Shown: positions 1-9,562, numbered from the stretch's first letter. The stretch: DNA of 32,000 nt from Nitrosococcus oceani ATCC 19707 (GCF_000012805.1 NC_007484.1:3390001-3422000), one strand, 5' to 3'. Numbers and translations: made by a program. The notes: a model not told the origin generated them from the sequence alone.

Positions 1-526
1 TTTGGATATTAGTAAGCAGCTGCTGGGGAAGCAGCTGACCGTTACGTTCTAAGTGAGCTGCTTGATTTTGGTGTGCTATCAATGCCTCTTGCAACGTTCT
101 TATTTTGCCCTGAATGAGTTCGATTAACCCTTCGATGGCTTCGATCTGGCTGTTTCGGATTCGCAGCAGATCGGTTTCAGAGCCAAAAGTGGCTAGAAGT
201 GTGCGATCATAATTGGCTTGCTCCTTGAGCCGCCGCTGCTTTTCTGCTTCGATTTGAGCGAGGCGTGCTTCCTCAACAAGTTGTTTTTGAGTTTTCGCTG
301 GAGGGACTCGTTTAACCACTACCATTGTCTGATTATTAATAACCTCATATCCCCCCTGGACTGCCTCTGGAGGGAGATTATCACTGAGCATTTGCGTCCC
401 ATGCTCGCTAGTATAACGATAAAGCAGCCCAGCTTGAACCGAAGAGCTAAGGCCATAGAGGACGGCTAAGATAAAAAAAATGCCTAATATAAATCGAATC
501 TGGATAATGTTGCTTACTTTAGGCAT
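1..526 (-). CDS. DUF4124 domain-containing exported protein (partial; 3' end lies beyond the window start)
   Basis: Not in the ORF track because it is open at the window edge. My translation from the ATG at 526 reads MPKVSNIIQIRFILGIFFILAVLYGLSSSVQAGLLYRYTSEHGTQMLSDNLPPEAV... This shows a signal peptide followed by the DUF4124-type Y-R-[WY]-x-D/S-x-x-G-x-x-x-x-S-D-x-x-P motif, then a Q/E/R-rich coiled-coil-like region. The 218..469 + ORF is its shadow. Confidence 0.7.
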   Translation of the reverse strand, partial: MPKVSNIIQIRFILGIFFILAVLYGLSSSVQAGLLYRYTSEHGTQMLSDNLPPEAVQGGYEVINNQTMVVVKRVPPAKTQKQLVEEARLAQIEAEKQRRLKEQANYDRTLLATFGSETDLLRIRNSQIEAIEGLIELIQGKIRTLQEALIAHQNQAAHLERNGQLLPQQLLTNIQ

Positions 527-568
527 AAGACAATTCAAAAAACCTATATAACTAGATCCTTAGCCGCA

Positions 569-1324
569 ATGCATTGGTTTGATCAAGGCGCTCTATTTTT
601 TATTTCTCTGCTAGCTAATTTGTTCTCAGCCTTTAGTGGAGGTGGGGCAGGACTAGTACAGTTGCCGGCATTAATTTTTTTGGGCTTACCCTTTGGTATC
701 GCGCTAGCAACCCACAAGGTAGCATCCGTCGCCCTAGGTATCGGCGCTACTCTCCGGCACTTAAGAGAAGAGACCTTAGAGCGACGATTTGCCCTCTTCA
801 TTCTGGCCTGCGGTTTACCAGGGGTTATCTTCGGAGCGAATGTAATTCTCAAGATTCCCGCTCGTACAGCAGAATTTGCACTGGGTTGTTTAACCCTAAG
901 TTTGGGAATCTATTCTTTACTCAAACCGAATCTGGGGCAAGCGTCCCGCCTTTTAAACCGCCACTGGCGAGGCTATTTAGTAGGTGGCGGCGCTTTATTC
1001 TTCATCGGCATTTTAAACGGCTCTTTGACTTCAGGCACCGGTCTCTTTGTCACCCTCTGGTTAGTGAGGTGGTTTGGCTTAGACTATAAGCGGGCGGTAG
1101 CTTATACATTGGTGTTAGTTGGCTTATTTTGGAACGGTGTGGGAGCCTTAACGTTAGGATGGCTCGGCAATATCCAATGGACTTGGCTGCCGGCTTTGCT
1201 AATAGGTTCTTTGCTAGGAGGATATTTAGGTGCTCATCTTTCTATTGTCAAAGGTAACCGCTGGATTAAGCGAGGCTTTGAAATAGTTACTCTGCTCATT
1301 GGGCTCAAATTAATTACGGGTTAA
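569..1324 (+). CDS. TauE/SafE (DUF81) family sulfite-exporter-like membrane protein
   Basis: The 251-aa product is polytopic and hydrophobic. It has the N-terminal [20 protein letters not shown] segment and the internal duplication typical of the TauE/SafE family. Confidence 0.85.
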   Translation: MHWFDQGALFFISLLANLFSAFSGGGAGLVQLPALIFLGLPFGIALATHKVASVALGIGATLRHLREETLERRFALFILACGLPGVIFGANVILKIPARTAEFALGCLTLSLGIYSLLKPNLGQASRLLNRHWRGYLVGGGALFFIGILNGSLTSGTGLFVTLWLVRWFGLDYKRAVAYTLVLVGLFWNGVGALTLGWLGNIQWTWLPALLIGSLLGGYLGAHLSIVKGNRWIKRGFEIVTLLIGLKLITG

Positions 1325-1976
1325 AAACCCTCTCTACTCCATATTGCTTTTTATAGGCTTGCATTTTATCTAAATGTTCTTTCATTTCTGGCTTCTCTTC
1401 TAAATGGCGAATCAGATGGTCCAAGCAGGCAATACTTACCACGGGGATACCGTACTGAGCTTCCACCTCTTGGACTGCGGATTGTTTCCCTTGACCCTGT
1501 TCCTGGCGGTCCAAGGAAATCGCTACACCAGCGAGTGTAGCCCCCGCAGCATGGATAAGAGTAGCTGCTTCTCGTACTGAGGTGCCGGCGGAAATAACAT
1601 CATCGACGATTAGGACCCGGGCGCCTTTAAGCGGAGTTCCCACCACTTTTCCTCCTTCTCCATGATCCTTGACCTCTTTGCGATTGAACGCGTACCCTAT
1701 ATCTCGCCCATATTTTTCCATCAATGCAATAGCTGTAGCCGTCACTAAGGGGATGCCTTTATAGGCCGGTCCAAAAAGCACCTCGAAAGCAAGCCCCGAG
1801 CCAGAAATAGCTTGGGCGTAGAAACGACCTAGCCGGGCTAAGCTTGCACCGCTATTGAACAATCCGCTATTAAAAAAGTAGGGACTCATCCGGCCAGACT
1901 TCAGGGTAAAATCCCCAAAGCGAAGCACTCTCTTTTCGACCGCAAACTTGATAAATTCGTTTTGATAGCTCTTCAT
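1314..1976 (-). CDS. pyrE: orotate phosphoribosyltransferase
   Basis: The N-terminus [29 protein letters not shown] and the PRPP-binding loop [13 protein letters not shown] match PyrE. Its 3' end overlaps the convergent TauE gene by 11 nt. Confidence 0.95.
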   Translation of the reverse strand: MKSYQNEFIKFAVEKRVLRFGDFTLKSGRMSPYFFNSGLFNSGASLARLGRFYAQAISGSGLAFEVLFGPAYKGIPLVTATAIALMEKYGRDIGYAFNRKEVKDHGEGGKVVGTPLKGARVLIVDDVISAGTSVREAATLIHAAGATLAGVAISLDRQEQGQGKQSAVQEVEAQYGIPVVSIACLDHLIRHLEEKPEMKEHLDKMQAYKKQYGVERVFNP

Positions 1977-2108
1977 TCGTGCCTCATAAGAAAAAGTACT
2001 ATTTTACAAGCTGACTCCATGTCCTTAGAAAACTTAAGCAGTTTTCTCTTTGAGGATACAATGGGTTAATGATACTGATCCACTCTGACTATTAATGAGC
2101 GCCTCAGC

Positions 2109-3329
2109 TTGATTAAAGCAGGGCGGAAGTACTTGCGCGTTATTTTCTCGGGGCGCATGGTAGTGGTTTCTTTGATGGGGTTTTCCAGTGGCCTGCCCCT
2201 TTTGCTCACCGGTTCGGTATTGCAGGCATGGATGCAACAAGAAGGTGTGGATTTAGGAACTATCGGCTTATTTGCTCTGGTGGGGCTACCCTATACGCTT
2301 AAGTTCCTATGGGCTCCTTTTTTGGATCGATACTCACTCGGTGGTATGGGACGCCGCCGGGGCTGGTTGTTACGAGTGCAAATCGGGCTTATCCTCGCCC
2401 TGGTTGGGCTGAGTTTAACGGAGCCTGCCATCAACCCCATGGGGGTTGCCGCTGCCGCCTTACTAGTTACCTTCTTCTCCGCCACCCAGGATATCGTGAT
2501 TGATGCCCATCGCCGGGAAAGTTTAGCTGATCATGAACTAGGTTTAGGATCTTCCCTTTACGTTAATGGCTATCGAGTAGGCTTACTATTGGCCTCTAGC
2601 GGAGGGTTAATCCTCGCCGATTATATGCCTTTTTCCCAAGTTTACCAGTTACTAGCATTAGCCATGTTAATTGGCGTATTCACTACCCTGCTAGCGCCAG
2701 AGCCGAGCATTGCTGCCGATGCTCCCAAAACATTCTACGAAGCGGTTATAGCGCCTTTTCTAGAGTATTTTTGCCGTCCTAATGCCTTTTTGATTCTACT
2801 CTTTATTCTGCTTTATAAGATCGGCGATATCATGGCGAGCCACATGAGCATTCCTTTCTATTTAGACCTGGGCTATTCCAAGACTGAGATCGGCGCCATT
2901 GTTAAAGGATTCGGATTTTGGGCTACAGTTTTTGGCGGTCTAGCAGGAGGAATCGTAATGCTACGATTAGGGATCTACCGGGCGCTATGGACATTTGGTC
3001 TGCTGCAAAGCATTTCTACCGCCGGTTTTGCCGTACTTGGCGCTTATGGTTATAGCCTGCCAGGTCTTGCTGCTGTTATTGCCTTTGAAAACTTGAGCGG
3101 TGGTATGGGAACGGCTGCTTATGTGGCATTTATGTCGAGTCTGACGAACAAGAAATTTACTGCCACCCAGTACGCCTTGCTTTCTAGTCTAATGGGGATT
3201 CCTCGCGTTATCGTGGCGGCGCCAACCGGTTTTCTTGCCGCCAGCTTTGGATGGGTGGCATTTTTTTCCTGTTGTGCTTTGATTGCAGTCCCAGGGCTGC
3301 TGTTATTACGCCGCTTTCGGTCTTGGTAA
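2109..3329 (+). CDS. ampG: AmpG family muropeptide MFS permease
   Basis: YLRVIFSGRMVVVSLMGFSSGLPLLLTGSVLQAWMQQEGVDLGTIGLFALVGLPYTLKFLWAPFLDRY is collinear with the E. coli AmpG N-terminus. That favours the TTG start at 2109 over the ATG at 2157. Confidence 0.85.
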   Translation: MIKAGRKYLRVIFSGRMVVVSLMGFSSGLPLLLTGSVLQAWMQQEGVDLGTIGLFALVGLPYTLKFLWAPFLDRYSLGGMGRRRGWLLRVQIGLILALVGLSLTEPAINPMGVAAAALLVTFFSATQDIVIDAHRRESLADHELGLGSSLYVNGYRVGLLLASSGGLILADYMPFSQVYQLLALAMLIGVFTTLLAPEPSIAADAPKTFYEAVIAPFLEYFCRPNAFLILLFILLYKIGDIMASHMSIPFYLDLGYSKTEIGAIVKGFGFWATVFGGLAGGIVMLRLGIYRALWTFGLLQSISTAGFAVLGAYGYSLPGLAAVIAFENLSGGMGTAAYVAFMSSLTNKKFTATQYALLSSLMGIPRVIVAAPTGFLAASFGWVAFFSCCALIAVPGLLLLRRFRSW

Positions 3330-3340
3330 TAGCTCATATT

Positions 3341-3649
3341 CTATCTTACTGTTTTACGAATAGGAGGAGTGATACCTGGCAGTAATTTGGTCGGTTTCTC
3401 AATACGCACCCGCTTGTCCCGGCTGGTGGCTCCCGAAAGTAGGTAGACTTGATTTCTGCTAACCTGGAAGGTTTTAGCCAAGAAGCGGAGCAGATGAGTG
3501 TTAGCTTTGCCTTCTACCGGGGGTGCGGTAATCCGTATTTTTAGCCGATCTCCATGGGGGCCAATAACTTCATCGCCCTTAGCCCGGGGCTGGAGGCGTA
3601 TCTGGATGATTAACGCTTCCTGTTGCCAGCAATACCACCGAACCGCCAC
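3341..3649 (-). CDS. yggU: DUF167 family protein YggU
   Basis: LIIQIRLQPRAKGDEVIGPHGDRLKIRITAPPVEGKANTHLLRFLAKTF matches the YggU core. The track ORF (to 3712) overlaps yggT. I trimmed it to the GTG at 3649, 8 nt after the yggT stop, which gives about 102 aa as in homologues. The start is uncertain. Confidence 0.8.
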   Translation of the reverse strand: MAVRWYCWQQEALIIQIRLQPRAKGDEVIGPHGDRLKIRITAPPVEGKANTHLLRFLAKTFQVSRNQVYLLSGATSRDKRVRIEKPTKLLPGITPPIRKTVR

Positions 3650-3656
3650 TAAGCAA

Positions 3657-4220
3657 TTAGATAATACGGGGAAACCAGGGCTCAATGAGCATGGAGGCCA
3701 CCTGTAGAGCAATCAAAACCACTAATGGCGATAAATCCAAACCTCCGATGGGCGGCACTAAATTCCGGGCGGGCCGCAATAGAGGCTCGGTGAGATCATA
3801 TAAGAGTATGGTAACCGGGTTGTAGGTAGTGGGCGCTATCCAGCTCAGAATAACTTGGATAAAAATGGCGATTTTGAAAACATCAAAGGTCAGACTGACT
3901 AGATCGCCGATGCTTGCCAGCAACAGCACGGGTAGTGGAGGTACGCTTAGGGCCAAACTTGAAATGATGGTTAATTTAACCATCGTAAGTATAAGAAGCA
4001 GGAACATGGAAGCCGTATCAATATTGCCCATAGGGGGCAAAAAACGGCGCAGGGGACGAAGGAGGGGCTGAGTAATAGTAATTAGAAACTGCGCCACCGG
4101 ATTACGAAAATTGGCCCGTACCCATTGTAGCAATAGGCGTAGCATTACCGCCAAAATATAGAGGCTAAAAAGGGTATTAAGAAGAAAAATCAAGGGGATA
4201 GTTAAATAATCGTTAGGCAT
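3657..4220 (-). CDS. yggT: YggT family integral membrane protein
   Basis: A hydrophobic protein with two YGGT-type repeats (LLRPLRRFLPPMGNIDTASM and LLRPARNLVPPIGGLDLSPL). The ATG at 4220 overlaps the proC stop (ATGCCTAA). The track start at 4232 is a TTG. Confidence 0.85.
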   Translation of the reverse strand: MPNDYLTIPLIFLLNTLFSLYILAVMLRLLLQWVRANFRNPVAQFLITITQPLLRPLRRFLPPMGNIDTASMFLLLILTMVKLTIISSLALSVPPLPVLLLASIGDLVSLTFDVFKIAIFIQVILSWIAPTTYNPVTILLYDLTEPLLRPARNLVPPIGGLDLSPLVVLIALQVASMLIEPWFPRII

Positions 4221-5070
4221 GCTTATTTCCAAGTTCTTGGGCTAGCTCTCGGGTGCGGTCACGGGCAGCTTGCAAGGCGCGAGCAAAGGCTTCACGGATG
4301 TTGGCCTCCTCCAAGGTAACAATAGCTCGCTCAGTAGTGCCCCCCGGTGAGGTAACTCGCTGCCTCAAGCTAGCGCAGCCTTCTTCGCTCTCCAAGGCCA
4401 TTTTAGCGGCCCCAAAGGCGGTTTCAAGCGTTAATAAGCGCGCAGTATTAGACTCCAGACCCAAATCAATAGCAGCTTTTTCCATTGCTTCCATGACTAA
4501 GAAGAAATAGGCTGGCCCGCTGCCCGATAGAGCAGTCACCACCTCCATAAGACTTTCGTCATTTAGCCACAAGGTTAGTCCCACCGCTCGCAGCACAGAC
4601 TCCGCCGCTTGCCGTTGATCTGGGTTAGTATGGGGGTTGGCAAATAGGGCCGTGGCTCCCGCCTGAACCAATGCCGGAGTATTAGGCATCGCCCGCACGA
4701 TAGGTACCGTATCTCCTCCAAGCCAAGCCTCTAGATCCGAAGTCCGAATTCCCGCAGCAATAGTGAGCCAAAGGGGATGAGAAGGGGAAACTACATTTTT
4801 AAGCCCAGTGACTACGCTTCTCAACTGTTGGGGTTTAACCGCCAGCACGATTATAGCTGCGCCTTGCACTGCCTGGAGATTATCGGGAGTAGTATTGACG
4901 CCGAAACGCCTATGAAGGGCGTCTAACTTACGCCGATCCGGATCGGCGACCCAGATATTCTGGGCATCATGGTTACCCGCAAGTAAGCCACCAATGAGAC
5001 TCGCCGCCATATTGCCGCCACCAATAAAGGCAAGGGTTTGTTCGCTCATGGATTCACTTTTTGGCTCCAT
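4213..5070 (-). CDS. proC: pyrroline-5-carboxylate reductase
   Basis: The NADP-binding N-terminus LAFIGGGNMAASLIGGL and the C-terminal VTSPGGTTERAI motif match ProC. An alternative ATG at 5049 (MSEQTLAFIGGG) fits homologue length better. Confidence 0.93.
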   Translation of the reverse strand: MEPKSESMSEQTLAFIGGGNMAASLIGGLLAGNHDAQNIWVADPDRRKLDALHRRFGVNTTPDNLQAVQGAAIIVLAVKPQQLRSVVTGLKNVVSPSHPLWLTIAAGIRTSDLEAWLGGDTVPIVRAMPNTPALVQAGATALFANPHTNPDQRQAAESVLRAVGLTLWLNDESLMEVVTALSGSGPAYFFLVMEAMEKAAIDLGLESNTARLLTLETAFGAAKMALESEEGCASLRQRVTSPGGTTERAIVTLEEANIREAFARALQAARDRTRELAQELGNKHA

Positions 5071-5144
5071 TCCGAATACTGAGTGTATCCTATAATATAG
5101 GTTAAGACGAATATTACAGCAGAATTTTGCTAAAACACCTTAAC

Positions 5145-5840
5145 TCAACGATCTTTTCGTGGCCGGGAACCGAATATTGCCGTACCGACCCGAACCAGCG
5201 TGGCACCTTCCGCAATAGCAGCTTCTAGGTCATCCGTCATGCCCATGGATAAACTGTCTAGCGTGAGGCCCTTCTGACGAAGACCCTCCCACAGCTGGTG
5301 CAAGGTTCGAAAAGGCCGGCGTTGGGCTTCAAGGTCAGAATTAAGAGCGGGTAAGGTCATCAAACCCCGCAAGGAAAGCCGAGGCATTTCAACAACCGCT
5401 GTAGCTAATTCAGCAAGTTCCTGAGCCGTGGTGCCAGATTTAGAACTTTCACCACTAATATTCACTTGCAAACAGACGTTTAGCGGCGCTAATTCCGGTG
5501 GCCGCTGTTGGCTGAGACGCTGAGCGATTTTTAGACGGGCAACGCTATGAACCCAATCAAAGTGGGTGGCGATATCCCGTGTTTTATTGGATTGAATTGG
5601 ACCAATGAAATGCCATTCCAAACCTTCTGTTTCCAATTCTTTAATTTTTGGTAAAGCCTCCTGGAGATAATTTTCTCCAAAAGCCCGCTGCCCACAGGCT
5701 ACCGCAGCACGAATTGCGGAAACTGGGCAGGTTTTGCTAGCCGCTACCAGGGATACACTTCCCTTAGGACGGCCAAAGCGCTGTTCAGCCTGGGCGATGC
5801 GGGTATAAACTTCTGCTAATTGCTGTGCAATCTGAGTCAT
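5145..5840 (-). CDS. yggS: YggS family pyridoxal-phosphate homeostasis protein
   Basis: It carries VSLVAASKT (the PLP lysine), WHFIGPIQSNKTR and SMGMTDDLEAAI. It sits in the conserved yggS-proC-yggT-yggU cluster next to pilT. Confidence 0.93.
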   Translation of the reverse strand: MTQIAQQLAEVYTRIAQAEQRFGRPKGSVSLVAASKTCPVSAIRAAVACGQRAFGENYLQEALPKIKELETEGLEWHFIGPIQSNKTRDIATHFDWVHSVARLKIAQRLSQQRPPELAPLNVCLQVNISGESSKSGTTAQELAELATAVVEMPRLSLRGLMTLPALNSDLEAQRRPFRTLHQLWEGLRQKGLTLDSLSMGMTDDLEAAIAEGATLVRVGTAIFGSRPRKDR

Positions 5841-5948
5841 GTTTTGTACTTGATGCCTCCTCGCTAAGGTTTAGCCATTTTAAGTTTGACTGAGTCCAGC
5901 CGATATTCCCAATGAAACCGGCAACTCGTCAATACCTAAGGAAAATCT

Positions 5949-6986
5949 ATGGATATCGCTGAACTACTTGCCTTTAGTGTCAAGAATTCTGCCTCCGATT
6001 TACACATCTCGGCGGGCCTCCCGCCAATGATCCGAGTAGACGGCGACGTGCGCCGAATTAACTTACCGCCTATGGAGCACAAGGATGTCCATGCCATGAT
6101 CTACGATATCATGAATGACAAGCAGCGTAAGGATTATGAAGAATTTCTGGAGACCGATTTTTCCTTCGAGATCCCTGGATTAGCCCGTTTCCGCGTGAAT
6201 GCGTTCAATCAGAACCGCGGGGCAGCGGCGGTATTCCGCACCATTCCCTCTCAAGTACTCACCCTTGAAGAACTCGATGCCCCCGCCGTATTTAAGAATA
6301 TCGCCGATAATCCCCGAGGGGTGGTGTTAGTGACCGGGCCTACCGGCTCTGGAAAATCAACTACCTTAGCGGCTATGGTAAATTATAAAAATGAGAATGA
6401 TTTTGCTCATATTTTAACGATCGAGGATCCCATCGAATTCGTCCACGAAAGCAAAAAAAGCCTGATTAATCAACGGGAAGTCCATCGGGATACCCATGGC
6501 TTTAGCGAAGCTCTGCGTTCAGCATTGCGGGAAGACCCTGATATTATTCTGGTAGGTGAGCTGCGAGATCTTGAGACTATTCGTCTCGCATTGACAGCGG
6601 CAGAGACGGGGCATTTAGTCTTCGGCACTTTGCATACTAGTTCTGCGGCAAAGACTATTGATCGTATTATCGATGTGTTTCCTGCTGCGGAGAAAGACAT
6701 GGTGCGCTCCATGCTCTCCGAATCCCTGCGGGCCGTAATTTCCCAGACTCTCCTTAAAAAATTTGGCGGTGGACGGGTTGCTGCCCACGAAATCATGATT
6801 GGCAACCCGGCCATTCGTAATCTCATCCGCGAAGACAAGATCCCACAAATGTATTCTGCTATCCAAACGGGCCAAGAGGCAGGTATGCAGACTCTGGATC
6901 AATGTCTGTCAGGGTTACTTCGTCGCAATATCGTCACTAAGCAGGAGGCAGCTAAGAAAGCCGTAAGCAAAGAGCTTTTCCAGTAG
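5949..6986 (+). CDS. pilT: type IV pilus twitching-motility ATPase PilT
   Basis: SDLHISAGLPPMIRVDG, Walker A GPTGSGKSTT, Walker B ILVGELRD and the AIRNLIRE motif are all present. The 345-aa length is typical of PilT. Confidence 0.93.
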   Translation: MDIAELLAFSVKNSASDLHISAGLPPMIRVDGDVRRINLPPMEHKDVHAMIYDIMNDKQRKDYEEFLETDFSFEIPGLARFRVNAFNQNRGAAAVFRTIPSQVLTLEELDAPAVFKNIADNPRGVVLVTGPTGSGKSTTLAAMVNYKNENDFAHILTIEDPIEFVHESKKSLINQREVHRDTHGFSEALRSALREDPDIILVGELRDLETIRLALTAAETGHLVFGTLHTSSAAKTIDRIIDVFPAAEKDMVRSMLSESLRAVISQTLLKKFGGGRVAAHEIMIGNPAIRNLIREDKIPQMYSAIQTGQEAGMQTLDQCLSGLLRRNIVTKQEAAKKAVSKELFQ

Positions 6987-7294
6987 ATATAAACCCGGCA
7001 ATTAGACTTGAGCGTCTGATATTTCGCGTTTAAGCTATCCTGAAGCAGAGATAGCATTAGTCTTTTTATTGGATTTTCAGTAGGGTGTTTCCCTGTTTAA
7101 ATACCCCAGTTACAAGATAAAAAATATGCCGATTCTATAGGTAACGAAAGGATGTCAATAATGACGCATCCACAAGTTGCAGACATGCTATACCAGATAA
7201 AACCTGAGCCTTACGGAAACCACACACATCGGCATTGGAAAAGGCCAGGGAGGTATGACGCCCCCCAGTGAGCGTGCGAAGTGAAACGGCGCGC

Positions 7295-7459
7295 CGAACG
7301 CAAGGGCCAAGATTACTTGCGTTTCGCCATGAATTCGCGCTATGATTTTCTCGCTCTCGGAGCCTAGGACCCAAAGTCAAAGCGCGTGGAGCAGTCAAAA
7401 CCCCAAGACCAAGGTCATACCTTCGTCGAGGACTGCTGAGAAACGCGAATTCTCCACGC
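7295..7459. repeat. cluster of short inverted repeats (possible structured RNA or mobile-element debris)
   Basis: Read directly from the sequence. 7295-7304 cgaacgcaag pairs with 7316-7326 cttgcgtttcg (10 bp, one bulge). 7331-7339 gaattcgcg pairs with 7444-7452 cgcgaattc (9 bp). 7384-7391 gcgtggag pairs with 7452-7459 ctccacgc (8 bp). 7390-7396 agcagtc pairs with 7431-7437 gactgct (7 bp). Confidence 0.6.
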
Positions 7460-7489
7460 CGATGAGGTTTTGTAGGAACAAAACCGCTA

Positions 7490-7879
7490 TCCGTCATGGC
7501 GAAACTCCAATTTATCTACTGATGTAACAAGGGCGTTTGGAAAAGGCTATGGGAAGTTCTGATTAACAAGCCTGATTACGAAGAGCCAATGATTGATGCT
7601 AGCCATTGCAAAGTTCATCCGTACACAATGAGATACAAAGGGCGCCGATCAGGGGATGATTGCCGCCATTCCGCCCCGTAAAACCATCTTCCTGCTCAAA
7701 CACAGTCAATGGGGTAAGGGATAATGTTCACACCCATCGCAAGCGGAAGAGATACCGGGGAAAAGTCAAAAACTTTCCACGAAAAACCCAACTGTGAGCT
7801 AGAAATATTCGCCCATCAGGAGAGTTTGTGGGCGAATTTTGGTCAGGTATCACTCTCACGCCAGAATAAGTATCAAAGC
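7490..7879 (+). pseudogene. IS5-family (IS427/IS1031-like) DDE transposase remnant, broken by stops, frameshifts and deletions
   Basis: The fragment at 7499-7681 reads KLQFIY*CNKGVWKRLWEVLINKPDYEEPMIDASHCKVHPYT, resembling the IS5 consensus RF-x-RW-x-K-x-GVW...L...iDst.vkaH. A shifted frame from 7656 reads MIAAIPPRKT, resembling the vIPpRkNrk motif. The fragment at 7763-7879 reads YRGKVKNFPRKTQL*ARNIRPSGEFVGEFW, resembling Y..Rn.VEnfF..LK...YDKLArNfl...W with an internal deletion. Confidence 0.55.
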
Positions 7880-8584
7880 CTATTGTAAATATGCCGGAAT
7901 GGGCTCCTAAATCCGTAGCCAAGAGATATTGGCCCAAAGCTCGATGGGCCCCCTGGCTTTTACGGCAGCAAGGAAGGAGATGCTTCCCATTTCCTCCACC
8001 TTCATCAGCTTACCTCTACTATTTCCCTTACCTCCTTTTCAGCTCTTTCCCTAGGGATTAGCTAAATAGAATCCTACTATAACCTTTTATCTGTCAAACT
8101 GGGGTCAAGCTATTGATTGTTGGTTGAACAGACTGCGGTAAAATTAATAGGTCATCGAAAAATCATAGTTAGAAAGGGATAACCTGCAAGGAGCAATAAT
8201 ATTCCTCCTACCCTTACATCTGCTAAAGAGGTAATGTGGTACCTAAAAAAGATCTGACTTATTATTACGGATTATTTCCTTAAGTGAGATTTCTACATTC
8301 TTACTGCGGAATACCTAAAAACCCTAGCTTTACTAGATACGGGGTTTATTAAGGGAGGACACCATAGAGGGTGGAATAGCGTATCAGGGAGTCAGCGCTA
8401 CAACGAGGGTCAGTTATCAAAGGCAAATGGAATGTAAGTGGTGAACATGTGCTGATTGGACTGGAAGAGCATATTAACTTGCAGCCATATCGTAATGATG
8501 AGATAGCTGTGATCTGACCCAGAAATGATCAACCTGCTCTCCTGCTCCGAAGGGGGTGGGCAGACCAGAAAGGCAGGAGTAAAA

Positions 8585-9256
8585 ATGAAGACAGTAATGA
8601 AGAAATTATTACAGAATACCTCTTTTTTTATAGCGGCTATCTTTTTTTGTACACCGTTTGCGTGGGCACAGGATGAAGATCCGGTACAGGAACCTGAGCT
8701 TGGAATACCATGCGTGACAAAAGCTAAAGGATATGCAGTACATTTTACCGCTTATCAACGAACAGAAATGGGGGAGAAGGAAGAAGAGGGAAAAAGAAAG
8801 CTAGAGTTTCAACGTTTTTGTCATAATCTACCCGCCACCGGTACAACGCTTATTACCATTGATCTCGTAGATCACTATACTAGGAGTCGTCCGGTGGCAC
8901 TCCGGATTGTAGAAGCAGCGCCAGGCGAAGAGCGAGGTACGGTAACAGAAACGCGTACGCTAGCAGAGCTCCCTGAGAAAAACTATCGTGCTGGTCTGCT
9001 GGAAACACAGGTGGATTTTAACAAACGAGGCTTATATGCCGCTGTCCTAACTATAGGGGGGGAAGAGCTCAGTATCCCTATCCGGGTAGGGATAGAAGAA
9101 GAGGCTTCTTTGGCGCGGCGTTTACTGCCTATCATTTTTGGCATCTTGATACTTGCTGCACTCGGCTATGCTTTTTACCGCTTTAGAAGCACAAGCGGGG
9201 AAAAAGAAAAAATAAAGGCTAAAGAAGAAAAATCGGAAGGGAAGGACAAAGATTAA
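8585..9256 (+). CDS. hypothetical exported protein with a C-terminal membrane anchor and K/E-rich tail
   Basis: I trimmed the ORF to the ATG at 8585, which is preceded by ggagt. It has a signal peptide MKTVMKKLLQNTSFFIAAIFFCTPFAWA|QDE and a soluble domain of about 150 aa with two Cys. It ends in a single TM helix LLPIIFGILILAALGYAFY and the tail EKEKIKAKEEKSEGKDKD. I recognise no family. Confidence 0.7.
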   Translation: MKTVMKKLLQNTSFFIAAIFFCTPFAWAQDEDPVQEPELGIPCVTKAKGYAVHFTAYQRTEMGEKEEEGKRKLEFQRFCHNLPATGTTLITIDLVDHYTRSRPVALRIVEAAPGEERGTVTETRTLAELPEKNYRAGLLETQVDFNKRGLYAAVLTIGGEELSIPIRVGIEEEASLARRLLPIIFGILILAALGYAFYRFRSTSGEKEKIKAKEEKSEGKDKD

Positions 9257-9562
9257 TTTATAACCAACGTTTTTATCGTATAGAATGCTCCGATCTCCTG
9301 GTCAAATTAAGCTGATAAATAGCATATAAGTATCTCGGTAAAATTTATAAGAGAGGAATAGGTGGTTAATTTTGCACTATTCAACTGCTTCTGCAGGCCA
9401 GTAAGCACGAAGAGGAGTGTAGCAGCAGTAATAAACTAGAAACTTAAAATATTTATTCCTTAAATTTCCATCAAGATACTTAAAGTAAAGCTTTGATATA
9501 ATTACGAAATCTACCTGATCAGGCGATCGGAGCCTATTATTCTTAAAGTATTAAGGTAAATC

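Noticed and set aside
218-469. 83-aa plus-strand ORF at the window start
   Set aside because: It lies entirely antisense to the much more convincing DUF4124 reading frame (1-526, minus strand). Its sequence has no recognisable features.
7034-7070. Possible pilT terminator (gctatc-N10-gatagc followed by tctttttatt)
   Set aside because: The stem is only 6 bp and AT-containing, the loop is 10 nt, and a 5-nt gap precedes the T tract. This is too weak to call.
7135-7497. 120-aa minus-strand ORF in the pilT-hemE gap
   Set aside because: It is Arg/Leu/Ser-rich and low in complexity, with no recognisable motifs. It overlaps the inverted-repeat cluster and the IS5 debris, so it is probably a chance ORF.
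7728-8005. 69-aa minus-strand ORF (7728-7937, TTG start) and a 32-aa ORF (7907-8005, ATG preceded by gaggt)
   Set aside because: The first is antisense to the IS5 C-terminal remnant and lacks an ATG. The second is short with no recognisable features. Neither can be supported as a gene without expression or conservation data.
8380-8517. Open frame ending ...KGKWNVSGEHVLIGLEEHINLQPYRNDEIAVI* just upstream of the 8585 gene
   Set aside because: Only 46 codons are open and there is no plausible start codon or RBS. At best it is the C-terminal remnant of a lost gene, and I could not recognise a family.
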